In this document: piece after piece, positions 37,991-51,693 of the stretch
Position numbering within the stretch: position 1 is the first letter of the stretch
How the letters are laid out: each line of letters begins with the position of its first letter
Assembly: GCF_006345805.1 (NCBI RefSeq)
Contig: NC_043003.1
Location: 84,568,001-84,632,000, forward strand
DNA: 64,000 nt
Direction of reading: 5' to 3'
Source: Octopus sinensis
Lineage: Eukaryota
Position numbers and translations under genes: made by a program
The notes under the pieces: model-generated
Seen by the model: the letters and a program-made list of their open reading frames with translations, nothing else
What the model was told of the DNA's origin: nothing
The model's database searches: none

Positions 37991-39304
37991 ATACACCCCA
38001 CACTCATATATATGCGTGTCAGTGTAATTGCTTTGTTGCTATTCATCTATCTAAATATCGCTTATTTCTATCATTCTATATTTATTTCTTCTACCCTTTT
38101 CTTTCGTCTTTTTTTTAATCTTTTTCATACAAACACATACAGAATCATTTCAAAAACCACAACCTACCACCACCACCACCACCACTACGACAACAATAAT
38201 ATGTGATCTAACCACAGTCTAATTTCCCAGCGACGCTAAGTACGTATACACAATGAGTCCGTGTACATACATACGTACGTACGTACGTACGTACATACAT
38301 ACATACATACATACATACATACACTCAAAACCCACACTGTTTTAGTACACTTGGAATTATTGTCGCGTCGTTGTCCTGCACAATTATGTAAATGAATGAA
38401 GTCTATTACAATTTTTCCTTGTGTTGTAATACGTAGATTTCCGCTGGTATCATTCTGAAGATTATAAGAGCTGAGCAATCCCTGATGAATCTTAAAAACC
38501 AGCGAAACAAGTTTGCTCACTCCTCATCCAAAGCTGCTAATAATATCTCTGTAATATAATCACAGGGGATTAATTTTACTATGAAACTAGAGACAAGTGA
38601 TTATAATTTCATATATATATTCTTTCTTAATATAATAATCCTAGCCAGTAGTTTGTAAACGTCGTGTCGTAAAAAAATATCTACGCGCTATGCGTGGTTT
38701 TAAAAATATAATCTAAGGCTTTAGAGAATCTATACACTTTTGTTTGAATCATGAATAATTAATAATTATACGAATAGTTAATGAATTCCTTATAGACAGA
38801 TATGATTAATAAAACAAGGTAATAGTTTCATATATTGTTTACAAAATTTTTCACTGCATTTCAAAGTTCAGCCTTGTCACATATTATATATCGCGGATTC
38901 TATTTGAGAATAACCGTTTGCAGAATAGTCAGCCTATTATACTAAATTAACTATTATGCTAAATTAACAAGTAGATAATTCAGCTGATGGAACAACTGAA
39001 TGCTCATCGTCTAAACCGTCGGAGGATTCTTAACCACCACACTAGCAAACTGAGGAATATTTCTACTACAAAAATATAAAATTGTATTTTTCATTAGATT
39101 TTTAGGCGCAGCTGTGGTTAAGAAGCTTGCTTTGCAGCCATGTAGTTTGGTGTTCAGTTTCCCGTGCAAGAGTCTTCTATCAGGTTGAGTAAAAAGTAAG
39201 CAACCTTTGGAACCATGAAGAACTTGTACCGGATTTTTGCAGAGTTCTGAGATATTGTAACATTTTTTTTTCTTTTTGCAATTGTCTGATAATAAAATCA
39301 TCTG

Positions 39305-40560
39305 GGTGTAAAACCGAGAGTTGTCGTTGTGTTTGAGTGGATTGAAATGTGAGTACGGTAATTGTTAACCTGTTATTTCCTTAAATGTTGCATTGTTATT
39401 GTTGAATTTGTTGGAATTTTTATTTGTCTTCCCCATAAGTGGTGAAGAATATGCAAAACAAACCAGCGGAGCTACTGCAAATCCGTGAAATAGAAGTTAA
39501 AGACAAGAATTTCAAGACGTATAACGACTTGCTGAAAAAGGAGGGAGATTGTCTTAGGCTGACGCCTACCAAAGAAGGGTGCCAGACCTCCATAAGATTG
39601 TGGAAGAGTTGGTTTTGCCGGATGAGACTAGGTTGAGGATTGTTGTGGAGGGTAGACCTCCAATATGGTTTTTGTATGGAGTAAAGGGACACATGAAGGC
39701 CAAGTGTCCCCAGAAACACGAGGAGGAAATAACAGAAAAAGAAATTCAAGAAGAAGAGAGTACAGCCGCAGAGGAGGAGAAAATGGAGGAGCAATTTACG
39801 GTGATGAAAAGAAAAAAGAACTTAGAATCACCACCAAAAAGCCCCAAGAAAAAAAAGAAAGACAATCGAAGAGAAGAACAAGAAAGAAAAGAGAAAATAG
39901 AAAACCAAATGAAAAATCAAGTGAAGTGTGAACGCACAAAACGTTGCCTTCAACTAGCAAAGAAGGAGTACGAAAGAATGGAGGAAACGAAAGAGACAGC
40001 GAAGTATAGACAGAGATATTTATGATGTACGAAGGGAGTGGTGAAGGATATCAGAGACTAATGCTTACAGGGAGCCTCATAGTATATGCTTAAGAAGCCT
40101 CATAGTATATGAAAAGATCGTCGAAATTGAAAAGAGAGTAACAAAAATGAAAAATATTATTAGAATGAAAATGGCAAACCATGAAGGTAAGAAGGGCATG
40201 CTGTTGGAGCGAGAAAGAAGGGAGAGGTTAGTAGAACTATTTGGGAAAAAAAAAGTGTTGAAATAACACCACTTCAGTATAGATACGACGAGCTGCCGCC
40301 TGCTGTAATTTTTGACGATATAGTACAATATTTGTCGTAATTTTGTGTTAATGAAAAAGATACAAGACTGTAAAGTAAAACTGAAATTTAAAAAACAGAA
40401 AATGAAACTACTTGCTTTGGGAGGGCAGTAAGCCATTTCATCCTCATTTTCATCATATTCATAATTGATCCGATATATATTTATATGTACCCCATTGTCT
40501 TGTTTTGTCTGTCCTTGTGGTGCCCCCTTTTTATAAAGGCCATGTGCCTAAATAAATGAA
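39305..40560 (+). mobile_element. Internally deleted LINE (ORF1 with decayed zinc knuckle joined to a 3'-UTR-like end) inside the mariner
   Basis: RLRIVVEGRPPIWFLYGVKGHMKAKCP (eroded CX2CX4HX4C) then a Lys/Glu-rich tract; ends ...AATAAATGAA; possible short TSD ATCTG (tentative). Confidence 0.6.
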
Positions 40561-40580
40561 ATCTGTTACAATCACCTGAA

Positions 40581-41500
40581 ATGGAACTGTCAAAGCGCGA
40601 TATTTGAACAATTTTGATACTCAACTTCATAAACGGGCGTAAAGCAGCTGAAACTGCTCGCGATATCAACGGTTGGTGAGGAAATGACCAGTGAGTGGTC
40701 AACTCGAAAATGGTTTAAACGATTTCGCAGTGAAGATCTGAGCCTTGAAGATCGTGAGCGTAAAGGGCGCCCATCTGTCATGGATGACGATCAGTTAAAG
40801 ACGTCATTGAGAAAAACCCACGTAAAACCACTCGAGAACTAACAAAATAACTTCAAGTTAGCCAGAAAATTGCCTGCAACCATTTACATGCGATCGGAAA
40901 ATCAAAATACTCGACAAATTGACACTGCACGATCCATTCTCGACCGTATTGTAACTTGCGATGAAAAGTGGATTCTGTACAATAATAAAAAACATTCTTT
41001 ACAGTGGTTGGACCAAAATGAAATACCAAAAACCTTCCCAAAACCCGAGTTCTTCAAAAAGAGGTTTGTGGTGACTGTTTTGGGCTGTACTGCTGGACTC
41101 ATTCTCTATAACTTCTTAAAACCCGGAAAAACCATTGCTGCAGAAACATATTGCCATGAAATTGCCAAAATGAACGAAAAACTGCTACTCCTCCGCCCCA
41201 AACTGGTCAACAGAAGAAGGCTAGTAATTTTTTATGACAATGCTCGGCCACACGTTTCACTAATGACGATCCAGAAGTTGAGGGAACTTGGCTACGAAGT
41301 TCTTCCCCACCCAGCTTATTCCCCAGACCTTTCTCCTACCGTCTATCACTTTTTCAAGCACCTTGATGGTTTCCAGCGAAAGAAGGAGTTCAAAAATCAA
41401 ACCGATGCTGAATGTACATGCAAAGAGTTCATCAGCTCCAGAACTCCAGATTTTTATGTTACCGGAATAAACAAACTTGTAACTCGTTGACAAAAATGTG
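40581..41500 (+). pseudogene. Mariner DD34D transposase pseudogene
   Basis: HTH region WFKRFRSEDLSLEDRERKGRPS; IVTCDEKWILY; YDNARPH; YSPDLSPTVYHFF with the third Asp changed to Val; stops, frameshifts and an internal deletion. Confidence 0.9.
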
Positions 41501-41643
41501 CTGATTGTAATAATATTTACTTTGATGAATAAAATTTCCGCATTGTTGAAATATATTGTGAGGAATTTCATGCTTACTTTTTACTCAGCCTGATAGTATA
41601 GCTTCAAGCTGACCAATGCCTTGTGAATCAATTTGATTAACGG

Positions 41644-41689
<46 letters not shown>

Positions 41690-42000
41690 TGTGAGTGTAC
41701 GTGTGTGTGTGTATCTTTGCGTTTGGTTTGGTCTCCATAACCGCTGGGTTGTATATGTACCCGTAACTTAGCTGTTCGACAGATTTAAGTACCAGACTTA
41801 AAAAATGAGTACTGAGGTCGATTTATTAACTCCTTGATGTCGGTGCCCCAACTTGACCACAGAACAACGAGTGAAATGGGTAAAAGATAAGGAAATAGTC
41901 TGTTTTTATATTTTGTGTGGAATATTATGATAAAGGATTGTGGAGGATTACAGATTTGCCGGAAACGTCTGCGATAGTAAACGATCGAAAATCATTGCTT

Positions 42001-42226
42001 TTCATTTACTTGCTTCAGTCATTTGACTGTGGCCATGCTGGAGCACCACTTTTAGTCGAGCAAATCGACCCCAGGACTTATTCTTTGTAAGCCTAGTACT
42101 AATTCTATCGGTCTGTTTTGCCAAACCGCTAAGTTACGGGGACGTAAACACACCAGCAACGGTTGTCAAGCGATGTTGGGGGACAAACACAGACACACAA
42201 ACATACACACATATACGTAATATATA

Positions 42227-42265
<39 letters not shown>

Positions 42266-42425
42266 TACGACAGGTTTCTTTCAGTTTCCGTCTACCAAAT
42301 CCACTCACAAGGCTTTGGTCGGCCCGAGGCTATAGTAGAAGACACTTGCTCAAGGTGCCACGCAGTGGGACTGAACCAGGAACCATGTGGTTGGTAAGCA
42401 AGCTACTTACCACACAGCCACTCCT
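42001..42425 (-). mobile_element. Full-length family A SINE
   Basis: Close to consensus. Confidence 0.9.
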
Positions 42426-42639
42426 ACGCCTAAAGATATTTTGTTCATAAACACCGTTTCTAGAAATCAAAAACTATGCATGAATCTACAGTGACCCAGG
42501 AACGAAATTTGCTTAAGGGGTGCAAACGTAGGCCCAAATGTTTTATAAACAAGGCCGATTTTTTTCAATCTTCATGTCAAAACATATGATATAGTAATGC
42601 TTCAAATTATCTAAAACAATTTTCTAGACTCACTCGTTT

Positions 42640-43100
42640 TGGCAAGGAAGTTTTTCAGGAGGATGACCAAACTGTTTTCGTTACAAAGTTTTTATGTACA
42701 TGTCAGTGTTGCTTCATTGTGGTACGGAGTCAGGTCTTCAAACAGCTCACTCTGTTTCTCCGTACAGGAGTTTCTCCTTTCAAATAATATTCTACCGTCC
42801 ATCTTTCGCCGTCGAACTCAGCACAGACATCTTCGTCTTCAACTGCGCCTATAGAAACCCATTTCTTTGCCGATAATCTGTCACTCCTACAGACTACTTC
42901 CTCTGCTCCACGCACATGAAACGCAGAGCACCGGTCATTAAGCCCCACCAACCGTCACACCGCTCAATCGTGTGATCACGTCCTTTCCGACCACAACGTC
43001 GACGCCGTCCACTACAAACGCTTGCATCTTCAACACAGATCCTTGTTCCTCCTGTTCTACTTCGCTGGCGGACGTTGTTTCTCAAAGTTCTGAGGATTTT
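42640..43100 (-). mobile_element. LTR retrotransposon pol remnant (end of aspartic protease and linker, Gypsy-like)
   Basis: VDGVDVVVGKDVITRLSGVTV (D-ILG-D-like) and VEDEDVCAEFDGERWTVEYY.KGE.PV.RNRVSC. Confidence 0.5.
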
Positions 43101-43639
43101 CCAGCCACATCATATTCTTTAATCCATAATAAAAGACCAATGTAAAGATTTATCACTGTAGGTAAACACTGACTAAGGTTTCCATAGATTTTATCAATGA
43201 AAGGAAGAACTTCTTTCTATTTATTCTCTTCACCGTATGCTTGCACTGCCAAAATTACATACAAAACTTGCGTAAAAAAATTCTCGGGTGTATTTCCACA
43301 ACTGGTAACGGCGTGCCAAAATAGCTTGTGATTTAAAAGCACGAAATAAAGTTGCTCTTACCTCGAGCTCCAATCGGGGACAACCAGCTAAATCATTCAG
43401 TTGTCGGCTCTGCCGATTCCTCGCCAGCAAGCAGACTACGCCACGACCGTTAGCAGCCCACAACATTTTTCGACACAGACCCTGGTAAAAAAGAGGCCAT
43501 CTTCAACCTCTCGCTCGCCGACGTGACATCATCTCGTCCCTCTTCCGGTCCCTTCACAACGTCACTCTCGCTCCCTTTCGGTCACTTATCCTTCCACCAC
43601 ATACAAATTAGTATCCGTCTATGTTGCGGAATCGAGTGC

Positions 43640-46020
43640 TTGCGGAAATAGACGTATTTATATGTGGTATGCTTTCAACAGATCCTGATTAACTCTTCAT
43701 ACAGAAACATCATTCCCTCGTTAAAATTGGGGTTGTCAATTTGCTGAGACCAATTTGTTTCGAGGATTTCAGTTTCGAATTCCTCCTGGCCTTCCTGAAA
43801 TTCAAGTTCATGCGGAGTGAGACATGTTTGACGTCCTTTGTGTGTGTTACCCTCCTTCATAATTGTATAATGTTCTGGTCGGAAATAGCTGTGGCAATCA
43901 CCTGAACATTGTGAATGAAATCTGTATTGGTGGTAAGGACTAGGTTGAGTATGTTATTTCCTCTAGTTAGACGAGCAAAGATTTTTTGCACGAGGAAATC
44001 TTTAGTAGTATCGAGAAGAGCATTTATATCTCTCCAGTTCAGTTGTTTAATTTCAGGTTGGATATAGCCCTCAGGACAGCTGAGACTAGGAAAATTTAAG
44101 TCTCCAGCTAAAAGTACATTGGCCTGTGGGTGAGCTCATTTGGAATTTGACATATAAACGACAAAACATCTTCGAAGTGATCTTGCTGGTTAGCTGCATC
44201 AGGAAGACAGTATGTGATACCCATGATGAAACTGAGGTTAATCACATGCATTATTAATGTATCGTACACTGTGTTTCAGTGGAAGAGGAGGACATTTGTT
44301 GCCAGGTTTTCTTCAATGAAAATCGCTAATTCTTGTTTCCGTATTCTGTAGTCAGTTCTGAGTAGTATATAACCTGGCACATGTACTTCCGCATCCAATA
44401 TGTCTGGGTTCAGGTGCGTTTCACTTAGTGCTACACATATTCTCTTTTTTCGCTGTACAATGTATCTCTCGCTGTACAAGGTCTCTCTCGTTGTACAAGG
44501 TCTCTCTCGTTGTACAAGGTCTCTCTCGCTGTACAAGGTCTCTCTCGCTGTACAAGGTCTCTCTCGCTGTACAGGGTATCTCTCGCTGTACAAGGTCTCT
44601 CTCGTTGTACAAGGTCTCTCTCGTTGTACAAGGTCTCTCTCGCTGTACAAGATCTCTCTTGTTGTGGAAGGTTTCTAAAAAATGATACTTTTGTTAGATT
44701 TGTGAAGTATGAAAGACCTTGAACGTTCGGCATTATTATTGAGTTACATAGTGGGTAAATGATAGCAATAGTGTTGTTGTGCACTGGGGTTATAGCAGTG
44801 GTTGGTACTGTGTGAAAGCTAGACGTCTTTTTTTTTATATTTCTTTTGCCAGATTCAGTAAAACTAAAATAGAATTTGCTTGTTTTGGAGAGGTTGTTGT
44901 CTGAAGTGTGTATGGTTGCACTGTTGAATATGGTTACAGTTACAGTTTGAGGCTGTTGATTTCACGATTGTGCCCAGTAGGTATCTCGGTATCTTCTGAG
45001 TTTCGATGAAAGCCTATACCAACACTGCCACTGTAAGGGATGTTTCTACTGTGAATTTGGTGGTGGTTTGGTGTCATACTTTTAATAGTGCATCGAGTTT
45101 TCGGAATATAAATGGACCGACTCACATCGGATATAATCTTTCGTGATGGGAATAGCAATAGATTTTAGGATTCCAGGTTACATGTGTAGAAGTTATTAAG
45201 TGTGATTCAGCGTTTAGTGGTGGTGCTGGTGCTAGTGCTGGTGGTGGCGGCGGTGTAAGATGTGTGGTTTGGCTTTAGCCGATATTTCATGTACGAATTG
45301 TGCATCTTGTCCCAGTTAAATGGATGAAGTTACAATCACTGCGTATGCATAGTCTCTCGTGTTGAGAACAGCGGCATATTTTGGGATTTCGTGTGTTCAT
45401 AATATTATTTTATTTACATTTGGCAGATTTATCATGGAACTGTCAAGTACAAATTCAGATTGAGGTGGACAGTGGAGGACGAAATGGTAGTAGCAGTAGA
45501 ATAGGATGACAATGGTAATGATGGATCTCTTGTATTATTCTGAGGAGAATTTGAGTGGCTTGATTGCAGAGAAGAGCTAGGGACTGTGTTGTTTAATAGA
45601 TCATCAATTGTTCTAGTATTGAAGAGTGACTGCCAATGCTAATCTTGTTATTGTTGCTATTGTTCAGTTGTGGTAAGAGTAGTAGCAGTAGAGCATGATG
45701 GAAATAATGATGAAGGGCCTGTTATGATATTCCGAGGAAATGAGGAAGTGAACTGCTGAACTGTGAAGGGCTCTTGATTGTGGAGTTTAATCGGTCATCA
45801 ACTGTTTTGGTATTGAAGAGTGAGCTCCAATGCTGGTCACGTTGCTATGGTTTAGTTTTGGTAAGGGTTGTAGCAGTAGAACATGATGACAATGGTGATG
45901 GTGGGTCACCTGTGGTATTCCGAATAAATGAGGAAGTGGACAGCTGAACTGTGAAAGGCTCTTGTGGAATTGTGGAATTTAGTAGTTCACCAGTTGTGGT
46001 AGAATTGAAGAGTGGACGTG
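43640..46020 (-). mobile_element. CR1/L2-like LINE 5' fragment with AP endonuclease, copy 2
   Basis: ICVALSETHLNPDILDAEVHVPGYILLRTDYRIRK...LAIFIEENL; homologous to 25041-26470. Confidence 0.8.
44451..44659. repeat. 19-bp minisatellite, 11 units with variants
   Basis: Unit starts every 19 bp from 44451 to 44641. Confidence 0.95.
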
Positions 46021-46058
46021 GTTGTTGTTGCTATATATATATATATATATATATATAT

Positions 46059-46786
<728 letters not shown>

Positions 46787-46807
46787 ATATAATATATATA
46801 TTATATA

Positions 46808-46860
<53 letters not shown>

Positions 46861-47390
46861 ATATATATGTTTATATATGTGTGCATATATGTATGTATGT
46901 ACATGTGGTTTTAATTTTATTGTTGAGGATGCTTTAGTTCAGTAATATTTCTTTCTAGGGATTTAGTGTGGGGCGATTCTTTTTGTTTATATTAGTTCTT
47001 TGCTCTTATTTTACGAAGAAACCTAACTTCAAGCAACTTTTTTTTTACATATGGATTTTTAAACACCATTTCTTAAGCCTAGAGTGCAATATTGAATTTT
47101 GCCCCTCCACAAAATTTTTGAGGATGCTAGTGCACTCCCTGCACCTCCTGTTCCTGGGTCCTTGTGAGTCTAACTATATATAAAAGGAGGGGGATTAACA
47201 GGTATTTTCAAAGGAACGATGGACCTCAACAGGATCATTTAATCTTCTAGATATAGCTACCAAACTTGCTTTAAATTATGTCTTCTTACTCTCTTAAAAA
47301 GGAAACGACATGAACACTACAATCATAGATGAACATGAAGACTACAATCACCGCCAAACCACTCCAAGCCGTCCTAGAAAAAGAAAACTG

Positions 47391-47693
47391 GCGTTCTGTT
47401 GGTTACGAGGTCAAGGGTTCCAATTGATCCGATCAACGAAACAGCCTGCTCCTGAAATTAACGTACAAGTGGCTGAGCACTCCACAAACACATATACTCT
47501 TAAGGTAGTTCTTGGGGTGATTCAGCATAACATAGAACGTGACAAGGCTGGAGCTTTGAAATACAGGTACTACACATTTTTGCCAGCTGAGTGGATCGGA
47601 GTAAATGTGAAATAAAGTTTTTTTTGCTAGGAATCGAACTCACGACCTTACGATCGTGAGTCGAATACCTTAACCACTAAGCCACGCGCCTTC
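47391..47693 (-). mobile_element. tRNA-derived SINE family D
   Basis: GAAGGCGCGTGGCTTAGTGGTTAAGG head, GAGTTCGATTCC B-box; tail shared with family B type 2. Confidence 0.8.
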
Positions 47694-48177
47694 ACTTGAA
47701 AAAGAAAACGCTATGAACAACGCTTTCATATATATACACAAACAGTAGGATTTGTGGCGGCTGGAAGATACGTGATCAAAGGGTTATCAGATATGGGTGC
47801 AAGCATGGCTGTGTTATTAAGAAGTTTCCTTCGCAATAATATGGTTTCAGATTTGATCGAACTGGAAAAGTATATTGAACTATAAGCTCAGGCCAATCAA
47901 ACTCTTGTGAATGGAATTTTGTAGACGGAAACTGTAGAAGCATATCAAAGGGATCGCCCTTGTTCTAGACTGACGTTATTCCTTTCCCTCTTCTTTTAAG
48001 TCAAAAGAGTTCACTTTGTTGTAAGAATTCGGTCTAGGTCTCTAATTTGACCAATAAGTATTGTAATTGCTCTTACTAGTCTTTGGTTATTTATTCATTG
48101 AAATAATAAAATAGTATCTAGAGATCTCCATCGGTCAGTGTCGGCCATGTATCTACATTCGTATATACATACCTAGG

Positions 48178-48564
48178 GGAGGCGCAATGGCCCAGTGGTT
48201 AGGGCAGCGGACTCGCGGTCATAGGATCGCGGTTTCGATTCCCAGACCGGGCGTTGTGAGTGTTTATTGAGCGAAAACACCTAAAAGCTCCACGAGGCTC
48301 CGGCAAGGGATGGTGGTGATCCCTGCTGTACTCTTTCACCACAACTTTCTCTCACTCTTACTTCCTGTTTCTGTTGTACCTGTATTTCAAGGGGCCGGCC
48401 TTGTCACTCTCTTTGTCACGCTGAATATCCCCGAGAACTACGTTAAGGGTGCTCGTGTCTGTGGAGTGCTCAGCCACTTATACGTTAATTTCACGAGCAG
48501 GCTGTTCCGTTGATTCGGATCAACTAGAACCCTCATCGTCGTAACCGACGGAGTGCTTCCATCC
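48178..48564 (+). mobile_element. Family B SINE, tail type 2, with 13-bp TSD
   Basis: ATACATACCTAGG at 48165-48177 and 48565-48577. Confidence 0.92.
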
Positions 48565-48582
48565 ATACATACCTAGGTGAGA

Positions 48583-48623
<41 letters not shown>

Positions 48624-49575
48624 CTGGCAGTTGCTCATGCATGCAAGTTTCCCTTCTCCACATCGCCGGTGTCGTCCGAGGGAAAGGTCACCGCTTTAGG
48701 GCCGACATATCTTGGCACAAGTTTCGTTGCAAGAATTACTGTCCGAATGATGCAAAGGGTCATGATAAACGCTGCAAGTTATCTCGTCCAGCGCTCTAAC
48801 AGTTTCGCCAATCCATTATCCACCACCACCACCACCACCACCACTACCACCAACCAACAATGAAATCAACAATGAAATCAAAAACAACATATTTCACAAA
48901 CCAACCAGTAAATATTATTATGAAATACTTTTCCGTAATCAACCATCAAAATTCTCACAATGTAAACATAGATAACCGTTCCTCTGCACACCATCGACAC
49001 CTTTCACCCAATACCATAAACATGGCAGCTTTCCAAAACCAAAACACACCAGAGAAGCACTTCAAAAAAAAATTACAAACCACTCAACAGAGTGACAAAT
49101 GCATGCATAACAAAATACCTAAAATTCTATAGAATCATTAACATTCATAGAAATCTTTATTAATATCAATACAGACCGTATCTCTAAACTATGGAAAATA
49201 GTTACGCAATAAAATTTGATTTCAAATTTTGGCCCAAGGCCAGTAATTTCGGGGGAAGGGGTAAGTCGATTACATCGGTCTCGGTATTCAACCTCGAAAC
49301 GATGAAAGGCAAGGTTGACCTCGGCGGAATTAGAACTCAGAACGTAAAGACTGACGAGATGTCGCTAAGCATTTTTGCCCAGCGTGATAACGATTCTGAC
49401 AGCTCGCCGCCTTAGTTATGCAATAAATATTATATAGGTCAGAGATATATGTATGGTAAAGTAGTTCGCTTCGTTTCTATATGATTCTGGTTTCGATTCT
49501 TAATCCAGTGCGCTCTATGTTGGACAATTTTTTTTTTTTTTTTTTTGTTCTGTAACATAGAGTTTACTAATACCT

Positions 49576-49805
49576 ATTTCTTTATTACCCACAAGGGGCT
49601 AAACACAGAGGGGACAAACAAGGACAGACATAGGTATAAGTCGATTACATCGACCCCAGTGCGTAATTGGTACTTAATTAATCGACCCCGAAAGGATGAA
49701 AGGAAAAGTCGACCTCGGCGGAATTTGAACTCAGAACGTAACGGCAGAGGAATACGGCTACGCAATTCGTCCGACGTGCTAACGATTTTGCCAGCTCACC
49801 GCCTT
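49576..49805 (-). mobile_element. Full family C SINE with 16-bp TSD; another copy at about 49215-49415
   Basis: GAGTT(T/C)ACTAATACCT at 49560-49575 and 49806-49821. Confidence 0.88.
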
Positions 49806-49854
49806 GAGTTCACTAATACCTTGTATTCGGAAACCAAGTAGAAGTCAAAGTCCG

Positions 49855-49895
<41 letters not shown>

Positions 49896-50178
49896 AGAGA
49901 GAGAGAGAGAGAAACGTTCGCGTTTATGTTTGCATCTGTGTAGAATAACAAGATAATAAAAACATAAAAGAAGTATTAAAACCACATTAAGTCGGTATTG
50001 TATACATCCGTTCCTTTAAAATAAGTCTCCTTACTATCTTAAAAATAAACATTAAAGCCATAGATTTATTTGAAATATTATCAAATGCGTTCACGACTTG
50101 AACACGTTTGACTGTCTGCTAGGCAGATCTCTTATACACAAAATAAAAATTTTGAGATATATATATATATATAGTTGT

Positions 50179-50478
50179 GGAGGCGCAATGGCCTAGTGGT
50201 TAGGGCAGCGGACTCGCGGTCGTAGGATCGCGGTTTCGATTCCCAGAGCGGGCGTTGTGAGTGTTTATTGAGCGAAAACACCTAAAGCTCCACGAGGCTC
50301 CGGCAGGGGGTGGTGGCGATCTCTGCTGTACTCTTTCGCCACAACTTTCTCTCACTCTTTCTTCTGTTGGCCTGCGAGCTTAGCCAGCGGGGTGGCGTCA
50401 TTTGAAGGCTAAAACAATGCGAAGCGCATTGTGACCAGCGATGTGTAACAACATCTGATAGCCTGGTCGGTCACGGTG
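50179..50478 (+). mobile_element. Family B SINE, tail type 3
   Basis: Family B head and core, then a distinct tail ending GGTCGGTCACGGTG; ATATATATAGTT on both flanks (TSD-like). Confidence 0.85.
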
Positions 50479-50499
50479 ATATATATAGTTAACCTGAAA

Positions 50500-51003
50500 T
50501 ATGGTGGGGTAGGGGACTAGTCGATTACATCGACCTTAGTACTCGACTGGTATTTAAAAAAAATTTTTTTTCATCGTTCCGGAAAGGACGAAATTTGCTC
50601 GCCGTCTTAATAATAATCCTTTCTACTATAAGTAGAAGGCCTGAAATTTGAAGAGAGGGGATACATCGACCCCTCTGCTCTACTGATACTTATTTCAACG
50701 ATTCCGAAAGGATGAAAGGCAAAGTCGACCTCGGCGGAATTTGAACTTAGAAAGTAGCGATGGGCTAAGCTCACCGACAAATAATAAAGATCCTTTCTGT
50801 TAAAAGCACAAGGCTTTAAATTTGTGGGGAGGGGACTAATCGATAACATCGATTCCAGTGTTCCACTGGTGCTTAATCTATCGACCCCGAAAGAATAAGA
50901 GGTCAAATCGACTTCGGCGAAATTTGAACTCAGAACGTAGTGACAAGTGGAATACCGCTAAGTATTTCGTGTAGCGTGCTAACGATTCTGCTAGCTCGCC
51001 GCA
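50500..51003 (-). mobile_element. Cluster of three family C SINE pieces
   Basis: Repeated GTCGATTACATCGAC / GAAAGGATGAAAGGCAAAGTCGACCTCGGCGGAATTTGAACT cores. Confidence 0.75.
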
Positions 51004-51080
51004 ACATAGTAACAGGGTTTGAATAAGAAACTTAATGACAGTGCTAATTTATACTAACATTAGAGAGAATTAACTGTTAC

Positions 51081-51403
51081 TTTTTATCTTTTCTTTGTCA
51101 TTAAACTGCGACCATGCTGGGGCACTGCCTTGAAGAATTGTTAGCCGACTGTACCGACCCCAGTACTCATTTTTTTAAAGCCTGGTACTCATTCTATCGA
51201 CACACACACGACACACGTGTGTGTGTGTATAAATAGAAATATATAAAATGACCTTCTTTCTGTTTCCATCTACCAGATCCACTTACAAAGCATTGGTCGA
51301 ACGGCCTGAGGCAATAATAGAAGACATTTGCCCAAGGTGCCTCGCAGTTGGACTGAACCCCGAATCATGTGGTTGAGAAACAAGCTTCTTACCATGCAGC
51401 CAC
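51081..51403 (-). mobile_element. Family A SINE, internally deleted
   Basis: Head and tail recognisable. Confidence 0.75.
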
Positions 51404-51693
51404 GTAAAGCTAATTAAACTCAGCAAGACCAACATCACACCAACGCACACGCCTTTACATACAATGCCTCAGCATCACTCACACCGTACATAGGATACAT
51501 AATGATGACTGAAATAAAAGTATTGTCAACACAATAGGAATCTAATTCACAGATAAATTATTTGGACCATAAATAATGCCAGTCCTGTCAGGAATACCAG
51601 TTTCTCTCAAAACCTGAATGACTACTAATTATCCAAAACAGTGGGTTTCTGGGGTTTAATTTCTAACCATTGTTGTAAAACAAATAAAACTGT

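Larger units (their letters stand above)
39178..41595 (+). mobile_element. Mariner transposon with both TIRs and TA TSD
   Basis: Left TATCAGGTTGAGTAAAAAGTAAGCA against the reverse complement of the right end, TATCAGGCTGAGTAAAAAGTAAGCA (24/25). Confidence 0.9.
39104..41890 (+). mobile_element. Old family A SINE split by the mariner (parts 39104-39177 and 41596-41890)
   Basis: Head ends ...GTCTTC-TA and resumes TA-GTATAGC, matching consensus GTCTTCTACTATAGC. Confidence 0.7.

Noticed and set aside
40870-41490. 206-aa ORF as an active transposase
   Set aside because: The N-terminus is in broken frames, there is an internal deletion, and the third catalytic Asp is Val.
48178-48250. tRNA genes at SINE heads
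   Set aside because: A and B boxes are present but there is no complete cloverleaf or terminator, and each continues into a SINE body.
51483-51508. 26-nt minus-strand micro-exon candidate (TTTTATTTCAG|...|GTGAGT)
   Set aside because: Good splice motifs, but nothing else supports it and such pairs are expected by chance in 64 kb.
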